A model generated the notes under the pieces. The model ran no database searches and was not told the DNA's origin. It was given only the letters and a program-made list of their open reading frames with translations. 64,000 nucleotides of DNA from Leptonemataceae bacterium (lineage in GTDB: Bacteria; Spirochaetota; Leptospiria; Leptospirales; Leptonemataceae): NCBI GenBank assembly GCA_965227295.1, contig OZ245742.1:4896001-4960000 (forward strand), read 5' to 3'. Within the stretch, counting starts at the first letter, position 1, and the number at the start of each line of letters is the position of its first letter. Positions 17,885 to 26,158 of the stretch are shown one piece after another. The position numbers and the translations under genes were made by a program.

Positions 17885-18876
17885 TGGTATACCTCCCGGA
17901 AGCGCAGTACGATGCGCGATGCCAGAATGTTAAACGCAAACGTAACGAGAAACAAACTCAGGCCGATGGCGTAAATGGTATAGTATTCGATGGTGCCCGC
18001 GGGCGTGTCGCCCATGCTGATCTGCACAATGAAGGCCGTCATGGTCTGGATGCCTTCCAGGTAATTCAGTTCGAGACTCGGCGTCGCCCCGGCGGCGAGC
18101 ACCACGGCCATAGTTTCACCCACGGCGCGGGCGAAAGCGAGAATGAACGAAGCCACGATGCCCGAGGTCGCGGCCGGAATCATGATACGCGTGACCACGT
18201 GAAACTTACGCATGCCGAGGGCGTAGCCGGCGTTACGAATGGAAACCGGTACGGCCCGCAAAGCGTCAATGGAGAGGCTCGATATCATCGGCAGAATGGC
18301 GATGCCCACCACGATGGAAGCGGCGAGTGCGTTGAAGACCTCGATGCCGGGAAAGATACTGTCGCGCAGAAACGGCGTCACCGTGGTCAGCGCAAAGTAA
18401 CCGTAGACGACCGTGGGAATGCCGCCCAGGATTTCTACGATGGGCGCCACGATGTTCCGCATGCGACGGCTCGCGTACTGGGTGAGATAGACGGCGGTGC
18501 CGAGTCCCAGGGGAATGGCCACCAGGGACGAGCCGACGGCGACCATGAGCGTGCCGGCCAAAAGCGGCAACACGCCGAGTTTCTTCGGTTCACCGAACGG
18601 TTCCCAGCGCGTGCCGGTCAGAAAATCGATGATGCTCACCTGCCGAAAAAACTGAAACGAGTCTACGAACAGAACGATGAGAATCGAGAACGTAACGCCC
18701 ACGGTTAAATACGCAAGCCCGCGCAACACGTACCGCACGGCTCGTTCGCCGAAGCTGTACGACGGCCGCTGACCGTACCTGGCAAACACGGCCGCGCGAT
18801 TCTGCGTATTCAACATCCCGGCCTGTCTGGCGACGGCACCGGGGTCTTCTTTTTTCTGTGCGTCTTCGGCGGACAT
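17881..18876 (-). CDS. pstC: Phosphate ABC transporter permease (copy 1)
   Basis: FLTGTRW, GIPTVVYG, RAVGETM; ATGA overlap with pstA. Confidence 0.93.
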   Translation of the reverse strand: MSAEDAQKKEDPGAVARQAGMLNTQNRAAVFARYGQRPSYSFGERAVRYVLRGLAYLTVGVTFSILIVLFVDSFQFFRQVSIIDFLTGTRWEPFGEPKKLGVLPLLAGTLMVAVGSSLVAIPLGLGTAVYLTQYASRRMRNIVAPIVEILGGIPTVVYGYFALTTVTPFLRDSIFPGIEVFNALAASIVVGIAILPMISSLSIDALRAVPVSIRNAGYALGMRKFHVVTRIMIPAATSGIVASFILAFARAVGETMAVVLAAGATPSLELNYLEGIQTMTAFIVQISMGDTPAGTIEYYTIYAIGLSLFLVTFAFNILASRIVLRFREVYH

Positions 18877-18879
18877 GCG

Positions 18880-19818
18880 TCAAAGGCCGATCTTGCTTTT
18901 GTTCTCGGCGTAGAGTTCGGCCGCCAGCGGGATGTAACCGACGGCCTGACTGAGTTTCGCCGCGGAGTCCATGTAATAGCCGACGAACTGCCGCACTTCC
19001 GGTTTATCCAGCGCGGCCTTGCGGACGTAGATGAAGATGGGCCGCGACAGCGGGGCATAGGTACCGCTCTTCACTGTTTCGAGGTTCGGCTCCACCGCGC
19101 TGCCGGTGTTCGGATTCTTCACGGCGACCAGGTTCAGCATTTCCGAGTTCTCTTCGTAGTAAGCCAGGCCGAAGAAGGCGACGGCGTAAGGATCGCCGCT
19201 GACGCCGGTGACAAGAATGTTGTCGTCTTCGCTGTAACTCGCATCCGGACGCATCTGTGCTTTCTTGCCGAGGATGGCCTCCACGAAGTAATCGAAGGTG
19301 CCGGAGTCCTGGCCGGGGGCGTAGACCTTGATCTCTTCGGCCGGCCACGCGGGGTTCACATCGCTCCACTTCTGCGCCGGATTCTCGGCCTGGAAGATGA
19401 GCTTGAGTTGTTCGACGGTCAGCGACTCCACGAAGTCGTTGTCCTTGTTGACTATCACGGCGAGTCCGTCGTAGGCCACCGGCAGTTCGATGTACTCAAT
19501 GTTCGCCGCGGCACACTTCTCTTTCTCCACGGACTTGATGTGCCGCGAAGCGTCGGCGATGTCGATCTCGCCGTTGCAAAATTTCTTAAAGCCGCCACCG
19601 GTACCGGAGATGCCCACCGTGACATTGACGTTGCTGTTCACGCCGCGGAATTCTTCGGCCACCGCTTCGGTGATGGGATAGACGGTACTCGAACCGTCGA
19701 CCTGCACTTTCTTCTTCGCAGCGCACGCTCCCAGGAACGTCGCGGCGCAAACGCCGGCGACCAGAGCCGGAATATAGAATTTAGTACGTGAGAATATGGT
19801 ATGATGTTGTTGATTCAT
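18880..19818 (-). CDS. pstS: Phosphate-binding lipoprotein (copy 1)
   Basis: Lipobox [38 protein letters not shown]. Start set at MNQQHH. Confidence 0.92.
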   Translation of the reverse strand: MNQQHHTIFSRTKFYIPALVAGVCAATFLGACAAKKKVQVDGSSTVYPITEAVAEEFRGVNSNVNVTVGISGTGGGFKKFCNGEIDIADASRHIKSVEKEKCAAANIEYIELPVAYDGLAVIVNKDNDFVESLTVEQLKLIFQAENPAQKWSDVNPAWPAEEIKVYAPGQDSGTFDYFVEAILGKKAQMRPDASYSEDDNILVTGVSGDPYAVAFFGLAYYEENSEMLNLVAVKNPNTGSAVEPNLETVKSGTYAPLSRPIFIYVRKAALDKPEVRQFVGYYMDSAAKLSQAVGYIPLAAELYAENKSKIGL

Positions 19819-20056
19819 GGGATCCTGGTTGCCTGTCGGTCTTTTCCTGTACGGCCCTTTCCTGGCGGCCGATGTTCCAGAGTTTGAGCGGGGGGGTAAT
19901 CTTACAAGGATTACGCACCCCCGGGACAATGCATGTGCCGGTTTCAGGAATGCAGTCTTTTGCCCTGATTTTTACGGGTTTTCCACGGAAATGGTTGACC
20001 GTCCCTGCATGAAGTGCTCTGCTTTCATCTATAAATAGATATCCAGAGGAATCATC

Positions 20057-20674
20057 TTGAGTCTCGTCGAACACATCGCCCAACTGCGCACGGAAGTCAT
20101 TCGCATGGCCAGAAAGGCCGAAGCCATCTATGCGGAGTCCATTCGCTGCCTGAAAAACCCCGACGACAAACTTGTCGCCGAGGTCCGACGATTGGACGCG
20201 GACCTCGATGAGTTCGAGCTGTATCTGGATCGCCTGTGCGTGCAGGTCCTCGCGTTGCAGGAACCCTACGCCGTCGACTTTCGCTTCGTCTTCAGTGTCG
20301 TAAAGGTCATCAAGGACCTCGAACGCGTCGGGGATCAGTCCAAGACCATCGCCAAGTGGTCGCTCAAGCTGCCGGGCGGACCGGACGCCGATATGCTGTC
20401 GTTGGCCGATAAGGCCGGCGAGGCCCTCCAGACCGCGGTGCAGGCCCTCGTCGGCGACGACCGCGCCCTGGCGGACCGCGTCATGGAAATCGAATTCACC
20501 GTCGACGAAATCGAGGACCGCATCATCGAAAGCGCCACGTCCATCGCCGAAGCGTTCATCGCCAAGGCCATCGAACGCATCGGCGACCTGGCGACGAACG
20601 TTGCGGAGAACGTCATCTTCACGGTGGACGCTCACGATGTTCGCCACGGCCATTTTCACGAATCCCCCCGGTAA
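20057..20674 (+). CDS. phoU: Phosphate signalling protein PhoU (copy 1)
   Basis: Two PhoU repeats: QEPYAVDFR..DLERVGD and IERIGDLATNVAE; TTG start with RBS GAGG. Confidence 0.9.
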   Translation: MSLVEHIAQLRTEVIRMARKAEAIYAESIRCLKNPDDKLVAEVRRLDADLDEFELYLDRLCVQVLALQEPYAVDFRFVFSVVKVIKDLERVGDQSKTIAKWSLKLPGGPDADMLSLADKAGEALQTAVQALVGDDRALADRVMEIEFTVDEIEDRIIESATSIAEAFIAKAIERIGDLATNVAENVIFTVDAHDVRHGHFHESPR

Positions 20675-20685
20675 ACCGTAGAAAA

Positions 20686-22368
20686 TCAAAACGTCAGTTG
20701 CGCTCGAATGAACACCTGACGTGTATCGATGCGGGAGCCGACGAAATCATTCAGCACGAGCGTCTCGTTCGGACCGTAACCGAAGGCCCCCTTCACGGCG
20801 CTGTTCCCCTCCAGTTGTTCGGCGATGGTATCGCCGGTGGGCGTGGACGCTCCGCTGCCGTCGAAACGTTCGAAGACGTTCGTTCGGTACTCGCGGCCGG
20901 TCTGATCGCGCCCGCGCAACTCACTGACGCCGAGGGATATGCGAAAGTACTCGCCCGTTGCCGACGGGAAGAACGTCACACCGTAGATGGTGTTGAAGTA
21001 ACGCCCTTCGCCGTGATCGATGTTCGCGTCGGCCGAAGCGAGACTCAGGTTGCCGAACTGGTTGTCCGCCGCATCCAGCGCCAGCGCCTGTCCGATCCAG
21101 GGAGTGCCGTCCACCGGAGCGATGCGTGAGGACAGACGATCCGTCGAAGTGCCGGCGATCACTCTACCGAAAACGCCGATGTAGCGCCAGCGCGCGTGTG
21201 CGTAGACGTAATTGGCCCAACCGATCGCGTCCCGGTCTTCCGAACGACTGACGCTATCGCTGACCGTACCGGTGCCGCCGGAGCTGAGATTGTAGGTCGT
21301 TACGGCGCCGCGCCTGTCGAGATGCGTTACGTTCCCGACGCCGAGCGTAAATGTAAACTCACCTGAGGTTACGCTGACATCGGTCTCGACCCCGTAGTGC
21401 AGATCGCGCTTAGCCCGCGTATCGCCCTCCATGTAGACGAACTCGAAAGTATTCGGAGCGCCGCTTACGTCGGCCGTAAGATAGCGGCTCTCGTCATCCG
21501 AGATGCCGTGCACGTTGTGCACGCGCAGCGGAAAATTCACGGACCAGTGCAAGGTCCGATTCTTACCGGTGGGCACAATGGAGAGCAGGCTGTAGAAATC
21601 GAGGGCATAGCTGTCGCCGGCTCCGGTGGCCAGGTCTTCCTCGTCGGTGTTCGCCAGTTCTTCGGCGTTCGTGTGATGATAGCCCTCGCCGTTGCCGAGG
21701 AGGACGTGAAACGCCACGTAGTCACTGCCGAAGATGTACGCCAGCCCCGCGTCGGCGGAACTGGACATGCCGACCTTATCAGTGGGGGCCCGGTCCACGT
21801 AGCGATGGCCCCAGTACTTCTGCAACGAGACGCCACCCTGGGCGTCCACCGTCGGCGTATGCTGGAGTCCCAGCCGCAAATAGTGTTTTCCGAAGTTGCC
21901 GTTCAACACCGGTACGGGCATTTGCACAAAGCCGTACTTGAGTCCGACGGCGTAGTCGTTGTCTTCGCTGCACGACGAACCGCAGCCGTCGCCGAGTTCG
22001 GCGCTGCGGGCAATGTCCGTCGTGATGCGGAAGCCCCAGCCGGCATACTCGCCGTCCTTCACGGCGCCGCGGAAGTTGAGATAGGCACGCCCCATGCGGA
22101 AGCCGGCATTTTCGGAGGTCGGCCCGTTCTCGTCCGGCCGATCCACGGCGTCGTAGTCGTTCAACTCGTATCCGGTGAAAAGGAGGCCGTCGATCTTGAA
22201 ACTGTAGTCGGGAAGATCGGAGACTTTGCGAGCCGGCTTTTCGTCACTCGCGGCCGGTTTGTCCTGGTCCACCGCGGGGGGCCCATCATCCTGAGCGAAG
22301 AGAGTCGTCGTATGAAAGAGAAGCGCGAGCAGCGGCACAACCCGGAACTCTCGCAAGAAATCGGTCAT
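20686..22368 (-). CDS. Probable outer-membrane beta-barrel (porin-like) protein
   Basis: Signal peptide; GFRMGRAYLNFRG and FRITTD segments reminiscent of porins; C-terminal Phe beta-signal (VFIRAQLTF); adjacent to pst/phoU. Confidence 0.6.
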   Translation of the reverse strand: MTDFLREFRVVPLLALLFHTTTLFAQDDGPPAVDQDKPAASDEKPARKVSDLPDYSFKIDGLLFTGYELNDYDAVDRPDENGPTSENAGFRMGRAYLNFRGAVKDGEYAGWGFRITTDIARSAELGDGCGSSCSEDNDYAVGLKYGFVQMPVPVLNGNFGKHYLRLGLQHTPTVDAQGGVSLQKYWGHRYVDRAPTDKVGMSSSADAGLAYIFGSDYVAFHVLLGNGEGYHHTNAEELANTDEEDLATGAGDSYALDFYSLLSIVPTGKNRTLHWSVNFPLRVHNVHGISDDESRYLTADVSGAPNTFEFVYMEGDTRAKRDLHYGVETDVSVTSGEFTFTLGVGNVTHLDRRGAVTTYNLSSGGTGTVSDSVSRSEDRDAIGWANYVYAHARWRYIGVFGRVIAGTSTDRLSSRIAPVDGTPWIGQALALDAADNQFGNLSLASADANIDHGEGRYFNTIYGVTFFPSATGEYFRISLGVSELRGRDQTGREYRTNVFERFDGSGASTPTGDTIAEQLEGNSAVKGAFGYGPNETLVLNDFVGSRIDTRQVFIRAQLTF

Positions 22369-22550
22369 TGCAGCTCCTATTGTTACAAATAAATTTCAGA
22401 AGCTATGAAATCCGACCCTTATATTACAAAACAACTACATTTTCATGTCATACGATATTAGAGTTACACCATTCGCACATATTTTTGCAATGTTCTGGTT
22501 GCTGAAAGGATGGAGCGAGACCGCCTCCATCTCTCCGGTTCGCCTTTTTC

Positions 22551-22609
22551 TGACACGGATTGTTTTTTTCTGGACGTAATGCGGCGCACCAAAATAATTG
22601 TGCATCGCA
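22551..22609 (+). promoter_or_regulatory. Conserved promoter/operator: TGACAnGGAT plus two TGC-N3-GCA palindromes
   Basis: TGACACGGAT at 22551, TGCGGCGCACCAAAA at 22580, TGCATCGCA at 22601; mirrored at 53481-53550. Confidence 0.55.
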
Positions 22610-22642
22610 CTATGGGCGAGACATAACGGACCGGAGGATATT

Positions 22643-22867
22643 ATGCTCAGCGAACGAACTCTCACCGACAGCCATCGCGACCTGCGGCTCTGGCTGCTAC
22701 TACAGGAAGCCGGCGAGCGCATGCACGGCATCGGCGTGCAACTCCGGCGCTTCCGCCACGAGGCCCGGGAAACGGCCCGCGTCGAAGCCGATGCCACTTC
22801 CCCGGAAGCCCGGCGGCGCATTGCGTTGTTACAGGAAGTTCATCTTAACGTACCGACGCCCTCATAA
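22643..22867 (+). CDS. Small helical hypothetical protein (74 aa), probable paralog of 53581..53850
   Basis: Strong RBS GGAGG before ATG 22643; 10/27 identities with 53581..53850 in an ungapped core. Confidence 0.65.
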   Translation: MLSERTLTDSHRDLRLWLLLQEAGERMHGIGVQLRRFRHEARETARVEADATSPEARRRIALLQEVHLNVPTPS

Positions 22868-22973
22868 CGCAGCACCTCGCTCCGCCGCTCGCCGCCGGAA
22901 ATTTCCAGGAACGGGCCTCATTCGAAAAAAGCCCGGAATCCACCTGGATCCCGGGCTCTGGCAACTCTCCCCA

Positions 22974-23375
22974 TTACTGGTACGGGGCACTTGTCAGGAT
23001 CGAATACTTGCAAATGTCGAAGGAAAAGCCCGGAAGAAAAGTCCCGTCTTCAAAGCGTTCGTGGACGACATAGTTACCCTGAAAGTTGGCGATATCCGAA
23101 GTAATGGAGAGCCGGTCTGGATCTTGACAATCCGCCACGGACCACGGACCGCCAGGCTTTCCCACCTCGTATGAGAGAATTTCGGACTGATAGATACATC
23201 CAATTCCCTGCCAGCTCAAACCCGCGATCGTATGCGTCGTCGGTCCGTCACAACGATAATTCGGTGAGGGAGGATTGCACGTGATCGTTACGTGCATGTC
23301 CGGACAGACTTGCGCGGAAACCGCGGCCGGAATCAGCAAGGCCGCAGCAGCCACAGTAGCTAATAAGAATCTCAT
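22974..23375 (-). CDS. Secreted Cys-containing hypothetical protein
   Basis: Signal peptide MRFLLATVAAAALLIPAAVSA; RBS AAGGAG; 6 Cys in the mature region. Confidence 0.75.
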   Translation of the reverse strand: MRFLLATVAAAALLIPAAVSAQVCPDMHVTITCNPPSPNYRCDGPTTHTIAGLSWQGIGCIYQSEILSYEVGKPGGPWSVADCQDPDRLSITSDIANFQGNYVVHERFEDGTFLPGFSFDICKYSILTSAPYQ

Positions 23376-23542
23376 AGGTATGCTCCTTAAAAATTAGTGA
23401 GCAAAACCTATCATACTATGCCCCACTGCGCAATAGTTCATTCTACCCCTTTACATCTGGCGGCCATGTAGTACTAACCAGGGGAAACGAGCCGATCCAA
23501 CATTGTTGTAGAACATTTTGCAGAATCCGATGGGCCGTCATT

Positions 23543-24619
23543 TTATTGAGGTCTTGATCCACTTCCGACGGGCGACGCGCTGAAGCGATCGGCGGCCGTG
23601 TTTGCACGTACGCAGAACGGAATGTCCTCGTGCATGTCGCGGTGTTTTTCCGAAGGACGCAGGAGCCCGCCGTCCCGGCAATCTTCGCGATAACGGCAGC
23701 CCGAGCAGCCTGCATCGTCCGCGGAAGTAGCGCCGGCGTACTCCGCCGATTCGTGGACCTCCCGCAGGCGACCGGGTTCGTAGCGCGTAAAGTGCGCGCG
23801 GTTCGAATGCGCCGGGCAGATGTTGCCGTTGTGCAATACGGCCAGGCGTCCCGGTCGAATGAGCGGCGGAGACCAGACCCATTCCAGTCCCATGCGGTCG
23901 GCCAGAACACCGGCCAGGGGATTGTCCAGGAAGCGGATGGGATACAATCTTCCTAGAAATCCCGCAAGGCGCACGAGCGAAACAAACTCCTCCGGTGATA
24001 GAAGATCCCGGCTGACGTCGTAGTAATCGTTTTCGACGCGATGCAGTTGCACCAGGGTCAGGCACGTGAGCTGCGGAAATCGTTGAAAGACATCGCGAAT
24101 GAATTCCGGCATAACGGCGAGCAACGGTCGATGCACGGTCGTAAAGATCTCCACTTCCCAGCCGTGATCCAGGGCGGCCTGTATGCCGCGTATCGTGGGG
24201 GCGTAACTGCCGTCGCCGCGCGAAGCCTCGTGGATTTTTTCCGGGCCGTTCAGGCTCACGGTACACGCAATGCGACCGGCGTACTTTTCGAAACGCTGAA
24301 ACATGCGCTCCGTAAACAACATGGCGTTCGTATTAAAGAAGACGTACTCGTAGCCGTTTTCCAGGGCGTATTCCACGAGATCGCCGAAGGGTTTCCAGAG
24401 CGTCGGTTCGCCGCCGCTGAGATGCAACACCCGGTACCCCAGTTCCCGGCCTTCGTCGACGATGGAACGCGCCATTTCGAACGGCATGCCGGTTTTCTCG
24501 GGCAAATCCGCCAGGGCAAAACAATACGGGCAGTCCAGGTTGCATTTCGTGGTGACCTCGAGGGTGAGGGATTCCCTGGCCGCGGCCTGGCGGATGGATT
24601 CGGTGTACGTCGCGTTCAA
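23543..24619 (-). CDS. Radical SAM enzyme with SPASM-like C-terminus; candidate peptide maturase
   Basis: CNLDCPYC (CxxxCxxC), SGGEP, FNTNA, SLNG; C-terminal CSGCRYREDC...PFC; TTG start overlaps the upstream stop. Confidence 0.9.
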   Translation of the reverse strand: MNATYTESIRQAAARESLTLEVTTKCNLDCPYCFALADLPEKTGMPFEMARSIVDEGRELGYRVLHLSGGEPTLWKPFGDLVEYALENGYEYVFFNTNAMLFTERMFQRFEKYAGRIACTVSLNGPEKIHEASRGDGSYAPTIRGIQAALDHGWEVEIFTTVHRPLLAVMPEFIRDVFQRFPQLTCLTLVQLHRVENDYYDVSRDLLSPEEFVSLVRLAGFLGRLYPIRFLDNPLAGVLADRMGLEWVWSPPLIRPGRLAVLHNGNICPAHSNRAHFTRYEPGRLREVHESAEYAGATSADDAGCSGCRYREDCRDGGLLRPSEKHRDMHEDIPFCVRANTAADRFSASPVGSGSRPQ

Positions 24620-25638
24620 TGTTCTACTCCCTGAATGTTTGTGAGATTATGTTTGTGATCGGCCTGAAATTGCATAAGCGGCGCGCATAGATTGTCCAGG
24701 TCCGCCGCGAGGCCGGGACAGGCGTCCGGTACGACCCGGCGGACACGCCGCAACGTTTCCAGAGCGAGGTCCACGGCACGTTCCAGTACGCCTTCGCGCC
24801 GGAGCGCCTGCTCCAGTTCGCGCAGCCTCGCCGTCTCGGTCGCCACCGCGTCGAAACACCCGGCCGATTCCGGAGACAGCAGGTAGTACACGGCCGAACG
24901 ATGACCGGCCACGGCATCGTCCTGCCAATCCCGCAGATCATCCACGAGACGCCACGCCGTTGAGACCGCGGCAATCAAATCAAACCAGAACGAAGTCCCG
25001 GGCGCCGACTCAGGCGGAAACAAATCGCGCGTGTGCAGCGCGAGCAACGCCGGCGCCGCGGACCAGATGTGCATTTCCCGACGCGAACGTTCCAGATACG
25101 CATCGAGATCCCCGACGGCCTCGGGGTGATGCAGGCTTTCGAAGTAAAGATCGATGGCAGAGCGGACGGGATCGCGCTCGGCTTCCGCGAGATTCCGGGA
25201 GAGTTCTTCGATGTGCCGCGCGAAACGATTCCAGACGGCGGTGCGAAGTTGCAGCAGTAAGATACTCGGCGCCGTTTGCCCGTCGATGATGTGATCGTCC
25301 ATGAGATGCAGCAAAAAGGACATGGCCTGCGCCGTCAGCGCGGAGCGGTACAGGCCCGCGTGGGATGCCGCCGACGTAACTTCCGGACCGGCGGCGTCCA
25401 GCACGGACCACAGCGGCACGGGAAACTCCGCGCAAAAATCGTAGGCTTCCCCGGGTCGCAGTCCCCCGGCCATGAGCACCATGGTTCCCGGCACGCGCAG
25501 GCTCTCGGGCAGATCCCGGCAGACTTCCAGGATTTCCCGGTTCAGATTCCGGTACAACGTTCCGTGTTCATCGGAACATCTGGCGCCGAAATCCTCAAGC
25601 GGAGCGGTATTCAGGAGATTGTCATGGAGATTCGCCAC
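24616..25638 (-). CDS. Class I isoprenoid-synthase-fold protein (ComQ-like prenyltransferase candidate)
   Basis: Two Asp-rich motifs, LHLMDDHIIDG and RLVDDLRDWQDDAVAGHRS, in a helical-looking sequence. Confidence 0.7.
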   Translation of the reverse strand: MANLHDNLLNTAPLEDFGARCSDEHGTLYRNLNREILEVCRDLPESLRVPGTMVLMAGGLRPGEAYDFCAEFPVPLWSVLDAAGPEVTSAASHAGLYRSALTAQAMSFLLHLMDDHIIDGQTAPSILLLQLRTAVWNRFARHIEELSRNLAEAERDPVRSAIDLYFESLHHPEAVGDLDAYLERSRREMHIWSAAPALLALHTRDLFPPESAPGTSFWFDLIAAVSTAWRLVDDLRDWQDDAVAGHRSAVYYLLSPESAGCFDAVATETARLRELEQALRREGVLERAVDLALETLRRVRRVVPDACPGLAADLDNLCAPLMQFQADHKHNLTNIQGVEH

Positions 25639-25874
25639 ACGCTACCCGGGAAACGACTCATATGACGCCCTAACTGCTTTTCCGTCAATCGTAAGAAATT
25701 GCAGCGCCGGCTTAACCTGCATTAGAAAATATGTAAGGCGAAAGGATTAGTTCACGCAGTAAGATTGAAATTCTGTCTCCTGAATAAAATTTCAATTGCG
25801 AGATTCTCTCCGGGTAATGAATGTTAATGAATTTTAAAGGATTCGCCCCGGCGGGTCCCATTTCGGAGAAACAC

Positions 25875-26078
25875 ATGGATATAATCGAGTTCGCTGCCAA
25901 ATGCGTGGACGACGAGGGCCTCGGGAAAGGCTTCGTAGAGTCTCTCAAGGATGGTACGGTGGAAAGCTACCTCAGTAAAAACGGGGTCAGTGCATCCGCA
26001 CAGGAAATCCAACAGCTCAAAGCCAATGCCGATACGCTCGCAAAGATCGGAGAAGGCAACGCTGTGCGGGGCTACTGA
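25875..26078 (+). CDS. 67-aa putative RiPP precursor with Nif11/NHLP-like leader, ending NAVRGY
   Basis: RBS GGAG before ATG 25875; pattern FxxKxxxDxxLxxxF...YLxxxGxxxSxxEI resembles Nif11-type leaders; divergent from the modifying enzymes. Confidence 0.65.
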   Translation: MDIIEFAAKCVDDEGLGKGFVESLKDGTVESYLSKNGVSASAQEIQQLKANADTLAKIGEGNAVRGY

Positions 26079-26086
26079 AACTCCTG

Positions 26087-26106
26087 GGGCCGCCCTCGGG
26101 CGGCCC
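26087..26106 (+). terminator. GC-rich hairpin after the peptide gene (no U-tract; terminator or mRNA-stabilising stem)
   Basis: GGGCCGCCC-TC-GGGCGGCCC perfect inverted repeat. Confidence 0.5.
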
Positions 26107-26158
26107 GAAGCATTCCTTCCATATATAAACACAAAAATCAACGGCCCGAGTTTTCTTT

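Noticed and set aside
19781..20689. 302-aa minus-strand ORF bridging the porin and pstS
   Set aside because: Antisense to a clear phoU.
25875..26078. Peptide as a spliceotide (YG), ranthipeptide/sactipeptide or ComX-type substrate
   Set aside because: No YG motif (it ends GY), only one Cys and that lies in the leader-like part, and no Trp; it fits none of these known classes.
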